Shown one piece after another: positions 1 to 11,422 of a stretch of DNA of 43,721 bases; position 1 is the stretch's first letter; each line of letters starts with the position of its first letter. Location of the stretch: contig NC_069002.1 of assembly GCF_001194135.2 (NCBI RefSeq), forward strand, positions 31,295,319-31,339,039. The letters run 5' to 3'. The DNA is from Octopus bimaculoides. Lineage: Eukaryota. The notes under the pieces are model-generated. The model did not search any database, was not told the origin of the DNA, and saw only the letters and a list, made by a program, of their open reading frames with translations. The position numbers and the translations under genes were made by a program.

Positions 1-35
<35 letters not shown>

Positions 36-806
36 GTATATATGTATATATATATATACACACACACATACTCTTCCCCCTCCTCCTTCCTCAATCTCCC
101 TCTCCCTCCCTCTCTCTCTCAATCTGTGTCCCCATTTGCTACCAGCTATTGATTCTGTCATTCACTGCCCCATCCACGCCCCCCACCTCATGTCCCTCCC
201 ACTCCCAGTAGATGCACGCACACGCTGACACACACACACACACACACATACACACGTACGCACATACACACACACACATGCGCACACGCACACACGCGAG
301 TATCTCGGCCATCATTGTACAGACTGCAATCATGGCTTCTTTTCACCAACCCCTACAACCGCCACCTACACCGCCATCACCACAACCACTCCCACCACTA
401 CCACCACCACCACTCCCACCACCCTCACTCGTTATGTACCTAATGCTACTTTATCCTACACAAACATGCAGTTTTTGACCAGAAGTCAAGTGACTCCATT
501 AAAAGCTCTCCATTGATTGAAGTAGTTAAACCTATCGTGTTCCTCGCTTTCATAACAACTTCCTGTCACATGGGTCACACGGGTGTTCTTTGAAGGGTCT
601 TTTGCATTCTGTCGTAAGCACTCTGACCAAATTCCAAACAGTGGAATTATTGTCCTGTCATTGCACACTTACACCCTTTATATTTCCCTAATCTCTCAAC
701 TGAAGGGCACTGTTTTTGAACCATGGATGCAGGCATGACTGTGCAGTTAAGAAATTTGCTTCCCAATCACATGGTTACAAGTTCAATCCCAAGAAGAAAA
801 GATTTT

Positions 807-1502
807 CATCATCATCATCATTGTCGTTGTTTAACGTCCGCTTTCCATGCTAGCATGGGTTGAATGATTTGACTGAGGACTGGTGAAACCAGATGGCTAC
901 ACCAGGCTCCAATCTGATTTGGCAGAGTTTCTGCGGCTGGATGCCCTTCCTAACGCCAACCACTCAGAGAGTGTAGTGGGTGCTTTTACGTGTCACTCGC
1001 ACGAAGGCCAGTCAGGTGGTACTGGCAATGGCCACGCTCAAGATGGTGTATTTTATGTGCCACCTGCACAAGAGCCAGTCCAGGGGCACTGGCAACGATC
1101 TCGCTCGAAAATCCTACGAAGGCCAGTCAGGCGGTACTGGCAACGGCCACGCTCAAAATGGTGTATTTTATGTGAGNNNNNNNNNNNNNNNNNNNNNNNN
1201 NNNNNNNNNNNNNNNNNNNNNNNNNNNNNNNNNNNNNNNNNNNNNNNNNNNNNNNNNNNNNNNNNNNNNNNNNNNNNNNNNNNNNNNNNNNNNNNNNNNN
1301 NNNNNNNNNNNNNNNNNNNNNNNNNNNNNNNNNNNNNNNNNNNNNNNCTGGCAATGGCCACACTCAAAATGGTGTATTTTATGTGCCACCTGCACAGGAG
1401 CCAGTCCAGGGGCACTGGCAACGATCTCGCTCGAAAATCCTACGAAGGCCAGTCAGGCGGTACTGGCAACGGCCACGCTCAAAATGGTGTATTTTATGTG
1501 AG
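807..1502 (-). mobile_element. RTE-tail-type SINE / LINE 3' end (family E) with internal 115-bp tandem unit, spanning an N-gap
   Basis: (CAT)n tail at 807-820 followed by gtttaacgtccgctttccatgctagcatgggtt...ggctggatgcccttcctaacgccaacc. Homologous copies at 4023-4200 and 16372-16640. The RTE assignment comes from recalled RTE 3' ends with (GAT)n tails. 115-bp period: ggccagtcagg at 1006 and 1121. Confidence 0.65.
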
Positions 1503-1639
1503 TATATAAAAATAGAGACATTAGCAAGGTATTCAGTCATGTCTGGCAAGTGGATCATCAAACCAAAATTCTTTGGATTGTATGTTTCCTGTAATATTAC
1601 ATCATAAAAATGTGTGCTGACAAAGCTCTTTCTCTAATT

Positions 1640-1902
1640 CAGGGGTTCTTAACCCTTTATTTGCCCCTATGGATCCCTTTGATTCCTGTTTTACTCTACT
1701 GGAACCTTCATACCCATCCAATGTTCAAAAAAAAAAATCCTATTATATTCCCATAATTAAATATTAGGAAATTGTATTCAAAAAATTGTTAGAATATTTT
1801 GTGTATTGTGGAAGTGTAACCAATTTATTGCAGATAAACTTCAACAGCAAAATTGTATATGGAGCCCACAGGAGTCCTGTGAGCCCCAGTTGAGCACCAC
1901 TG
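1640..1902. mobile_element. hAT (Charlie-like) MITE
   Basis: Termini CAGGGGTTCTTAAC...GTTGAGCACCACTG form imperfect TIRs. The flanking 8-mers ctctaatt / ctttaacc are a degenerate 8-bp TSD with central TA. Confidence 0.7.
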
Positions 1903-1909
1903 CTTTAAC

Positions 1910-2050
1910 CTGTACTATCAACTCTGGTGCCCCCAAAATTCACTTTTGTCCCCACACACACTTCCTCTTATACATCAACAACCTGTTTGCTATCACATCT
2001 AATAATACACTTGACCCCTATGCAAATAATATCGTCTTTCCTTCTTCCTT
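1910..2050 (+). mobile_element. Degenerate LINE reverse-transcriptase fragment (CR1/L2/Jockey-type)
   Basis: INSGAPKIHFCPHTHFLLYINNLFAITSNNTLDPYANNIVF aligns by eye to the RT block SGVPQGSxLxPxLFLxYINDL...LYADD. Confidence 0.7.
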
Positions 2051-2212
2051 GACCTTTGGCCCTCACACATGATCCATGTGTGATCTTCACACCTCAAGCA
2101 GCCATGTTATTGAGAAACAGGGAAAAGGTGAGAGTCAGCTATAAATTCAGCAAGCAGGTGTCCTTCAGGGCTCAGGGCTCAACCCCTTACTACTTATTAC
2201 AGCTCCCCCGGA

Positions 2213-2405
2213 AGACAGTGAGCTGGCAAAATCATTAGCTCACAGGGCAAAATGCATGGTTGCATTTCTACCAGTTCTTTCCGTTCTGAGCCCAAATGAG
2301 ACAAAGGATCGACTTCGCCTGTTGTACTTTTGGGGTTGATGAAATAAGTACCAACTGAACTCTGGGGTCAAAGCAATCGACTTCCCCTTATTACCAAATT
2401 TAGGA
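2213..2405 (+). mobile_element. tRNA-derived SINE family B, degenerate
   Basis: gagctggcaaaatcattagc head, gttctgagcccaaat B-box relic, and the aaataagtacca...ctggggtc core shared with many copies in the window. Confidence 0.7.
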
Positions 2406-2945
2406 AGAATTATTGCTCTCCAGACCATAACAGAAGAGTTTAAGACTGGCTGCGCATAGGAACTCCTGTAATGCTGATCACCAAGTTCTTCCTGTCATTG
2501 AATCTGTTTGCTCATTTGTATGAAATCAGATTTACTCTCAGAGAATTAATTAATTAACAGCAGTGTTTATTTGTGTTTATTTTAGGAGTAGACTCTTGAG
2601 ATTAAATTAATATTAGAAACAGAAAGAGGAAATTCAAATGAAAATATAATTATGTCTTTAATTACAAATAATTATGGACCAATCAAATATTCTACTTTTC
2701 TATTTTTTCTTTCCTGTTCTGTAGTTTTGTTAACTTTTATCGTTTGTTTGTTTCAGTCATTGGTCTGCGACCATGCTGGAGCACGACCTTGAAGTGTTTT
2801 GTCAAACAGATTGAGCCCAGTACTTCTTTTGCCTTTTTCTCAAGACTACAGTCCAATGACTGAAACAAGTAAAAGATAAAAGATGCATTGCATAACAGGG
2901 AAGTGAGTGATGTTACGTATTACTGGTACACATTGCATGACTATC

Positions 2946-3205
2946 TTAAACCCTTTAGCATTCAGAATACTCTGTTAGGTGTATTGCTTATTTATTCACA
3001 TCATTTTGAATTAATTATGCATTGTCTTGTAGACTTGAGATTTCAATGATGTGATTCTTTATTCTTATAATGACATTGTAGGATAGGTATGAGAGGCAGG
3101 ATTGGACCAGTTTGAGCATAAAACAGGCAGAATATTTGGACTGGATAAGGCTGGTTTAACCCTTTAGTATTAAGTCAAATGCATCGCTTATTTATTCATA
3201 TTGTT
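2946..3205. mobile_element. piggyBac-type MITE with a second copy starting at an internal TTAA
   Basis: (TTAA)ACCCTTTAGCATT start at 2946 and TTAA-CCCTTTAGTATT start at 3156. The homologous copy at 18496-18711 ends AATGTTAAAGTG-TTTTAA, the decayed inverse terminus. Confidence 0.6.
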
Positions 3206-3209
3206 TAAG

Positions 3210-3460
3210 GTAACGTGATGGTGGATCCATGTAGTTGACAGGGCCATGAGGGAAAAGAAACAGGCATGGAAGGACTGGAAGAACAGTGGTAGCAGGGAAT
3301 TGTATCAGATTGCCAGAAAGGAAGCTAGGAGACAGGTTTACTTAGCCAGAGGGGAAGCAGATAAGAAAAATTTGCCAATGTTCTGCATCATGGGGACCAA
3401 AGACTTGAAGTGTTTCATGTTGCAAGACAGTGTGTGAGAGAGAATCGTAATGATATAAGA
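3210..3460 (+). mobile_element. RTE-clade LINE ORF fragment (region between endonuclease and RT), pseudogenised
   Basis: VT*WWIHVVDRAMREKKQAWKDWKNSGSRELYQIARKEARRQVYLARGEADKK / frameshift / FANVLHHGDQRLEVFHVARQCVRENRNDI matches the TWWWN...AIREKK.A.K.W...Y..A.REA.R.V motif of RTE ORFs. One stop and one frameshift. Confidence 0.85.
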
Positions 3461-3604
3461 GAGAAATGTGTTGTTTAAATATATATATCAGCATGTCTAG
3501 ATGTGCAACTATATGCATGAGAATACTTACATAAAACATACAAATCTGCACGTATACACACATACATATATACATATATACATACATACATACATACAAA
3601 AATA

Positions 3605-3705
3605 CCTTGTTGTTGATGTTGAAATTCTAATGAAGGAACCTTGGATCTAGGTTCGAAACCAGTTCTTTCTCTATTGGCAAACAATCTTCAAATAAATTGA
3701 ATAAT
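3605..3705. repeat. Unclassified interspersed repeat, second copy inverted at 43233-43330
   Basis: The reverse complement gtcattattcaatttatttgaagattgtttgccaatagagaaagaactggtttcgaacctagatccaaggttccttcattagaatttcaac matches 43233-43325. Confidence 0.6.
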
Positions 3706-3707
3706 GA

Positions 3708-3790
3708 CATACATACATACATATATACATACATACATACATACATACACACATACATACATACATACATACACACATACATACATACAT
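3708..3790. repeat. (TACA)n microsatellite
   Basis: Direct reading. Confidence 0.95.
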
Positions 3791-4020
3791 TTCTATATTT
3801 GTGAGATACCAGTTCCTTCCTTACAGGAAGATCTCATACATATACACACACAGTCTCACCCATACACACACATACAGAATCATACAAGCACATACACCTC
3901 CACAGATACAAACTAACAAAACTGTCAAAATGCGACAACTCAAGTTGCTAGAAATAGCAGCCAAATGTCCTACAAATTACACATTCCAAAAGACAGAAAA
4001 TCATATTAGATAATGCCCTC

Positions 4021-4022
<2 letters not shown>

Positions 4023-4063
<41 letters not shown>

Positions 4064-4200
4064 GCATCATTGTCATCATTTAGCATCCATTTTCCATGCT
4101 GGCATGGGTTAGACAGTTTGATTGGAACTGGTACATCAGAGAGCTTCACTGGCTCCAGTCATCTGTTTTAGTTTGGTTTCTACAGCTGGATGCCCTTTCT
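4023..4200 (-). mobile_element. Family E SINE/LINE 3' end, truncated
   Basis: (CAT)n tail plus tttccatgctggcatgggtt...gctggatgcccttt, as at 807-960. Confidence 0.7.
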
Positions 4201-4210
4201 ATATATCATT

Positions 4211-5019
4211 ACTAGCTGAATTACCCAGTAAAATACCCGGAAAAGCAGGGGTTATTTCCAATTTCCGTTCCCATTACACTGTTTCATGGCCTATCCCATT
4301 CCCTGTTCTGTTCCCATTTTAGTTCTGCTCCCATTCCTATCCCCAATCCTATGTCAATATATAAATTTTTGAATCAGTTAAACCATTAAATATTTTGTTA
4401 GCTTTTATGGTAATAGTTTATTGCTAAAAATAGGTATTACAAACTATTAATAGGATCAGTAGGTGAATAAGGAATGTCCCTATATTATTTTAACAATGGA
4501 ATATGCAGCTGAGTAAAATAAATGATTCGACCGGCAATACCGGAGAAGCAGGGGTTATCTCCAGTTCCTGTTCAATGTCTTCTCCTGTTTCTTGTTCAGT
4601 TCCCATCTTTAGGCCCAACCTTTCGTTTGTGGTAATAGTGTATTGCTAAAAACAGGCATTACGAACTATCAATTCGATTAGTGGATGAATAAGGAATGTC
4701 CCTCTTTGTTTTAACAACCGAATATGTATCTGAATCAAGTAAATTAGATAAATGTAGATGGGTTTACAAATACATTGACAAATAGTCCACGTATTGTAGC
4801 TGGTGTTGTCGCGTGTCGTGGCTTATCATGGCTGATTTTGGACATGTGCTACAGCCCCCCCCACTCCCTAGTGGGCCCATTATAGATATTAATTGAAATC
4901 CAATTAGCCTATTATTGAACTGGATGCTAATGTAACATGTATGCAAAAGTTCGTGAATATTGGTTTGCTGGTTTAGGTACTAAGATGGTAACAGACAGAC
5001 AGAAATTGCCATTTATATA

Positions 5020-5021
<2 letters not shown>
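4211..5021 (+). mobile_element. Non-autonomous Helitron/Helentron-like element (Lep1/DINE-like layout) with two diverged ~300-bp internal units
   Basis: Starts ACTAGCTG...ACCCGG and ends ...GTAACAGACAGACAGAAATTGCCATTTATATATA, a layout recalled from Lep1-type Helitrons. Internal direct repeats at about 4232-4530 and 4536-4750 share aagcaggggttat, ggtaatagt.tattgctaaaaa and gaataaggaatgtccct. Confidence 0.5.

Positions 5022-5070
<49 letters not shown>
5021..5070. repeat. (ATT)n microsatellite
   Basis: Direct reading. Confidence 0.95.
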
Positions 5071-5071
<1 letters not shown>

Positions 5072-5514
5072 GTTAATATTAATATAGAACTCAATCCTTT
5101 TTATATTAACCAAAATTAAGTAGATTCACAAATTTATTTTTTGAACCAGTTGAAGACACACAAGATGTCGAAATATTGTTCGCTAGATAACAATGGCACT
5201 CTTCTTTTAATTTTGATTTATCATTATTATTATTGTTGTTGTTGTTATTATTATTATTTAAAACAGTTTGATTCAGTTCCATGTGACTTTAAGTTTCGCT
5301 AGCTTCTACCAGAAACCCATCTCATTCAGGTTTAGAGAACTGAATGAAGAGAAGCAGGAAGTTCAAGATGGCTACTGGTAAATAGGCTGCTCTTGGGCAA
5401 GATGGGTCACTCATGGAACTTAAAGCTGCATAATGCCAAATCAAACTGTTTTAAATAATACATGTAACTCCTACTAAATGTTTTGAGTGCCTTTCTTTTT
5501 GTTTGTCCCCTGAT

Positions 5515-6125
5515 ATGCATACAATGATGCCATGAGCAAAACTCAGATCAAAGAGTGATACAACTGCATCAAATATGGCCGTACCTCAGTGGCAAACGAG
5601 ACATGCTCAGGTAGGCACCCCCCCACTACAAGCTGAAATGAGACAATTGAGAAGGTTCGTTGAGAGGTGATTGAAGGCGCTTGTTTAACAATCCAGGAAA
5701 TTGCTCACGAAGTGGGAATAAGCATAGGATCTGTGCATTCCTTGTTAACGGGGACTTTGTACGCGCAGAAAGCGTCAGAGAAATTCGTCCCCAAACTGGC
5801 TGAGCAGCAGAAGCAATTCCTCATGGAATTCGCTCCGGAAATACTGGACTGTGCAAACCATGGCCCAGACTTCATGGAGATCATCATCACTGGTGATAAG
5901 ACACAGGTTTATGGTCTCTGCTCGATGCATTCGGTAATCTTCCGTGAAAACGAAAATCCGACGAGCATGCACTAAACGTCTGGATTCTAAGCGTAACAGC
6001 CGGGAACTGACTCGGCCTACCAGCGCGGAAATTTTCTTGCATGCGCAGGAATGGTGATTTTGCCCGCCCGGCATTAGTTTTGGCGGGAAAAAATAAAGTC
6101 GGATACTTTTTGAACGCACCTCGTA
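5515..6125. mobile_element. Rearranged mariner transposon relic
   Basis: The + strand 5515-5915 encodes HTH-region and first catalytic-motif peptides (LTIQEIAHEVGISIGSVHSLL...KFVPKL...IITGDKTQVYG). The - strand 6125-5915 reads TACGAGGTGCGTTCAAAAAGTATCCGAC (TIR) through to ITECIEQR (transposase start). Confidence 0.85.
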
Positions 6126-6519
6126 GATATAGTTCCACTAGATGAACAACTTCAAATAATATCAACATGAGCACATCTTCTATGCTATATCTTTGACATG
6201 CTAGAAATAGCAGCCGAATATTCATTGAATATTTGAAAATTAGAAGAATATTCATTGAATATTTTAAAAAATGAGAATAATGTATTGAGTAATGTGGTGC
6301 TAGATAGCCTAGGCCTAAAATTATAATTCTCAGGGTTGGAATACCCTTAACTTTAGGTATATTCTCCCAGAACTTGGCTTGTGTCTGGAAAAATAAAATA
6401 AAAAATTTTTTACCAAGGGAGACTACTCCTCAGAAATTAATAACTGTTACCTCCCTTAGTATTTTAATTTTCTTTTTTTTTTTTTGATGATTGGTTTTAG
6501 TTTGAACATAAACCAAAAA

Positions 6520-6962
6520 TTTCAAGGTCAGTGCGTTGGTCGATGCCATGAAGTTCAGTACTTGATTGGTACTTTATTTTCATTAGCCCCAGAGAGATAA
6601 AAAGTAAGGTTGACCTCAGCGGAATTTGAACTCAAAATGTTAACAAATATCGCGTAAGCATTATTTTCAGGGCGAGAAGTCAGCGGCACGATTCGATCAT
6701 CTGAATGTAGAGATCAGGTAGAAATGCCGCAAAGCACTTTTCAGACACTCTAACGCTTCTACCAGTTCGCCGCTTTAATAATGACTTCAAGTATGGGCTC
6801 AGTGCCTGTAATATCGGGGTGGGGGTAAATCGATTTAGTCGATTACTTCGATCTCAGTGTACTGCTATTTATTTTATCGAATCCAATAGCACGAAAAGCA
6901 AAGTCGACCACTGCGGAATTTGAACTCAGAACGTTAAAGACGGACGAAATGCTGCTTAGCAT
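6520..6962 (-). mobile_element. Two SINE family B copies in tandem
   Basis: gcggaatttgaactca B-box complement at about 6619 and 6914; ggtacttta/aaagtcgac core segments. Confidence 0.75.
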
Positions 6963-6964
6963 AT

Positions 6965-7100
6965 TTGTCTGTCTGTCTATCAATTTGCCTCTTTATCAGT
7001 CTATCCATCTGTCTATCTGTCATTCTGTCTGTCTATCTAGTTGTCTGTCTATCAATTTACCTATTTGTCTGTCCATCTATCTGTCTGTCTAGCTAGCTAA
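6965..7100. repeat. Degenerate (TCTA/TCTG)n microsatellite
   Basis: Direct reading. Confidence 0.9.
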
Positions 7101-7267
7101 CTATCTTAAACCGTTTAACTTCAAATATTTTCGAGATTTTTTGAGAATTCTCTGAATTTTTGGAATTTTTGAAATTTTTCGGTATTTTCTTTTTTGTTTT
7201 GTTTTTGCTGCATTTTCAGATACACTATTTCACCCACTCCTAACGACCTCACCCTGTTGTCTAGATT

Positions 7268-7583
7268 TCCAGACCGTGCGTTGTGAGTGTTTATTGAGCG
7301 AAAACACCTAAAAGCTTCTCGAGGCTCCGGCAGGGGATGGTGGCGAACCCTGCTGTACTCTTCCACCACAACTTTCTCTCACTCTTACTGCCTGTTTCTG
7401 TTGTATTTAAAAGGGTCAGCCTTGTCACATTGTGTCACGCTGAATATCCCCGAGAACTACTTTAAGGGTACACGTGTCTGTGGAGTGCTCAGCCACTTGC
7501 ACGTTAATTTCACGAGCAGGCTGTTCCGTTGATCGGATCAACAGGAACCCTCGACGTCGTAATCGACAGAGTGCCAACAACAA
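7268..7583 (+). mobile_element. tRNA-derived SINE family A, 5'-truncated
   Basis: Near-identical to the reverse complement of 9858-10240 and 21076-21397; ends gagtgccaacaacaa. Confidence 0.9.
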
Positions 7584-9857
7584 ATATAGAAGGGAGGTAA
7601 TTATAAATTTAAGCAACACATTCTTAAATAAGGAACTCTTTATATAACGACACCGGCTTGATGTCGAAGTCATTAACGTAAGTCATTTATTTTCTCAGTT
7701 ATTTTTAATATCATTCATTGTAATTAAGTAATTAAATTGTCTTCATTTAATTAAAATAATTTTCATAAGGGGTCCCCTCTTGGGAATAAAGTCAATGGAG
7801 TATATTTAATTGAAGATTTTTAAAATCCTTAACGGGTTTTGTATATTGACGTTGTCACGCTTTTCCCTGTTTCTCAAAAATGTTTATAAAATATATTTAA
7901 AAATCGTTATAAATATCACATTTCTTTGCTCTGTCTCAGGAATAACTTTAAAAAGCTAATTATTAATGAAAAAATATTGAGTTAAATGGATGACATTTTC
8001 ATGAAGTTTGCTATTTTCGTCGAAGGAAGAATTTCTATGATTGTCTTTAAAGAAATATTTGTTTTGTATTCTCTAAGATCTTCCTTTGATCTTCAGTTGA
8101 AATTCTTGCTTTGTAGAATTTGTGATACTCAGGTGTTTCCATCTCGGGAGTTTTCCCGCGAAATTTATCAAATCTGTGAAGCGTGGAGCTCGAAATTTAA
8201 GAGCAATTTCGGTCGTTGTTGCTTAAATTTTTGGGGGGTTAATTGCAGGTTCTGACCTCTCCTTCAAATTTTTTGTCGGATTCATACGTTTTTAGATATC
8301 GGATATTACGAATATGCCAAAAAACAAAATTATTTCACNNNNNNNNNNTCCCCCCCCCCCCCTAATTAAAACGTTTGATTTTGATTACTTTAAAGAGATC
8401 GAAGCGAATTGACAAACATGCAAATCGAAATTAAATACAATCGGAAACATTAAAGTGAAAAGAATTTACATTTTACTTGTGTTTGCCTTAAATAATCGTA
8501 AATAAGAATTTAATGTCAATTAAATATACATCATTTTATGAGAAACAGACATTAGTGTTTAATAATTAATGTTATAAAGTTTAATAAGGGGCTCAAATTT
8601 CAATCCCTATCGCAATTTTAAACTTTGAGCATTTTCATACATCTATTTATTTATCCGTCTCTCTATTTATCCCTTTCCGTTTATTCATAAAATATATTTA
8701 TCAGCTAAATGTGGCGATCCTACGGAAGATGGAGTTACTGTTGTTTCTAGCCCCAGAAAGACATTCATAATCTATTTATCTCTTTATGCACATATCTATA
8801 TGCTTATTGAATTTAAAATTTTGAAAACGTGGTTTCTTTGCATATTCGGAATGTCTGTCATCTAAAACATCGGGAAAAAAAAGTTGGGGCTGCCTACTGA
8901 ACCCTAGCAGCGGGAAATTTAGACAGTGTCATGTGACAACTTGCTGGGGCTGNNNNNNNNNNNNNNNNNNNNNNNNNNNNNNNNNNNNNNNNNNNNNNNN
9001 NNNNNNNNNNNNNNNNNNNNNNNNNNNNNNNNNNNNNNNNNNNNNNNNNNNNNNNNNNNNNNNNNNNNNNNNNNNNNNNNNNNNNNNNNNNNNNNNNNNN
9101 NNNNNNNNNNNNNNNNNNNNNNNNNNNNNNNNNNNNNNNNNNNNNNNNNNNNNNNNNNNNNNNNNNNNNNNNNNNNNNNNNNNNNNNNNNNNNNNNNNNN
9201 NNNNNNNNNNNNNNNNNNNNNNNNNNNNNNNNNNNNNNNNNNNNNNNNNNNNNNNNNNNNNNNNNNNNNNNNNNNNNNNNNNNNNNNNNNNNNNNNNNNN
9301 NNNNNNNNNNNNNNNNNNNNNNNNNNNNNNNNNNNNNNNNNNNNNNNNNNNNNNNNNNNNNNNNNNNNNNNNNNNNNNNNNNNNNNNNNNNNNNNNNNNN
9401 NNNNNNNNNNNNNNNNNNNNNNNNNNNNNNNNNNNNNNNNNNNNNNNNNNNNNNNNNNNNNNNNNNNNNNNNNNNNNNNNNNNNNNNNNNNNNNNNNNNN
9501 NNNNNNNNNNNNNNNNNNNNNNNNNNNNNNNNNNNNNNNNNNNNNNNNNNNNNNNNNNNNNNNNNNNNNNNNNNNNNNNNNNNNNNNNNNNNNNNNNNNN
9601 NNNNNNNNNNNNNNNNNNNNNNNNNNNNNNAGCTGTTGTGGTAGCAGACCACGAAACATGGTTGAAATTCCTCCTGTAGGGATCCGGAAAATTTTTTTTC
9701 GGAAAAATGCATTTTTTGAAGGAGAGGTGCAAAACTGCATTAGCCCCAAATTTTAAATTCTTTTCTCTGCCATACACTCCAGCTTTACCACTATGAAATG
9801 AACTTCAATTACTAATTAACACAATCTTCGTTAAATACCCCCTCCCCTCTCAAAATA

Positions 9858-10240
9858 TGTTGTTGGCCCTCTGTCGCTTACAACGTCGAGGGTTCCAGTT
9901 GATCCGATCAACTGAACAGCCTGCTCGTGAAATTAACATGCAAGTGGCTGAGCACTCCACAGACACGTGTACCCTTAACGTAGTTCTCGGGGATATTCAG
10001 CATGACACAGCGTGACAAGGCTGACCCTTTGAATTACAGGCACAAAGGAAACAGGAAGTAAGAGTGCGAGAAAGTTGTGGTGAAAGAGTACAGCAGGGTT
10101 CGCCACCATCCCCTGCCGGAGCCTTGTGGAGCTTTGGGTGTTTTCGCTCAATAAACACTCAGAACGCCTGGTCTGGGAATCGAAACCACGATACTATGAC
10201 TGCGAGTCCGCTGCCCTAACCACTGGGACATTGCGACTCC
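9858..10240 (-). mobile_element. tRNA-derived SINE family A, full length
   Basis: Minus-strand head GGAGTCGCAATGTCCCAGTGGTTAGGG (A box) and GGTTTCGATTCCC (B box); (CAA)n tail. Confidence 0.9.
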
Positions 10241-10455
10241 ACTCACATGACTATAAAGATTTCTTTGTAATTTTTCGAAATTTTTTAATCACAGTTTAAA
10301 ATACAGACATTTCGAATATTTGGCTTGAATGCCAAATAGTCCATTAAATTTCATTCTTCATTGGTCCACCTCCTCCCCGGGATTTAAGCAAAAAAGTTAA
10401 ACCAGAATTCCGCCTACATGAGTTGTAGAAATTGGCGAATCTGTCTTTGTATGCC

Positions 10456-10799
10456 TACTCTCTTTTACTCTTTTACTTGTTTCAGTCATTTGACTGCGGC
10501 CATGCTGGAGCACCGCCTTCAGTCGAGCAAATCGATCCCAGGACTTATTCTTTGTAAGCCTAGTACTTATTCTAACGGTCTACTGCTAAGTTTTGGGGAC
10601 GCAAACACACCACCATCGGTTGTCAATGGGTGGGGGGGACAAACACACATACATATACACGACGGGCTTCTTTCAGTTTCCGTCTACCAAATCCACTCAC
10701 AAGGCTTTGGTCGGCCCGAGGCTATAGTAGAAGACACTTGCCCAAGGTGCCACGCAGTGAGACTGAACCCAGAATCATGTGGTTGGTAAGCAAGCTACT
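10456..10799 (-). mobile_element. tRNA-derived SINE family C
   Basis: Minus strand reads tagcttgcttaccaaccacatg..ggttcagtc..accttgggcaagtgtcttctactatagcctcgggccgacc, an internal (TA/TG)n, and an (AAAAGAGT)n tail. Many homologues in the window. Confidence 0.9.
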
Positions 10800-11422
10800 A
10801 TGTTTCATAAATATTTGCCATAAAGACATTACAAAGAGGGGACGAACAAGGACAGACAAACATAAAAGGGGTGAAGAAGCTGTATCGATTAAATATTTAC
10901 AATTTTAAATATACAATAAAAATTTGATTATATTTACAATGTTCACTTAAAGCATTGCTCATTACAGATGCAATTTGTAATGGCTTTCCTGAAGGATAGG
11001 CATCCGACCACCAGGGTAGACCCCTTGCTTTTTCTTTCCCTTATTTTTGGCTCCCACTTACCTGGTGCCAAGCACTCCCAGCTTCCTCGCCACAGGCAGC
11101 CACTCCTGCGCCTAAAAAAAGAAAAAACACGTTGGGTAAAAATAAGGTTGTCACTGAATTAAAACAATCCAAATGCGAAGTTTACAAATATACTCAGTCA
11201 ATGACTCTGTTCGAAATAAAACGGAAAGACTTCTCAGTGACAATCTTATTTTTACCCAACGTGGGTTTTTGGGGGTTTTGTTTTTTTTTTTTAGATAGGC
11301 ATACAAAGAAAGATTCGCTAATTTCTACAACTCGTGTAGGTGGAACTCTGGTTTAATTTTTTTGCTTAATTCCCTGCAGTGGGAGCATCACCATTCCATT
11401 AAATGTGTTTATGATGAGAAAA

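Noticed and set aside
883-1509. Repetitive ORFs GQSGGTGNGHAQ...
   Set aside because: Product of the 115-bp SINE-internal repeat; the period is not a multiple of 3 and the ORFs span a gap.
8894-9777. Long overlapping ORFs in several frames (likewise at 25289-26504, 32529-33828, 37053-37836 and 39056-39681)
   Set aside because: Length comes from N-runs translated as X.
9858-10240. tRNA-like A/B boxes here and in other SINE heads
   Set aside because: No complete cloverleaf; the boxes continue into shared SINE bodies, so these are not tRNA genes.
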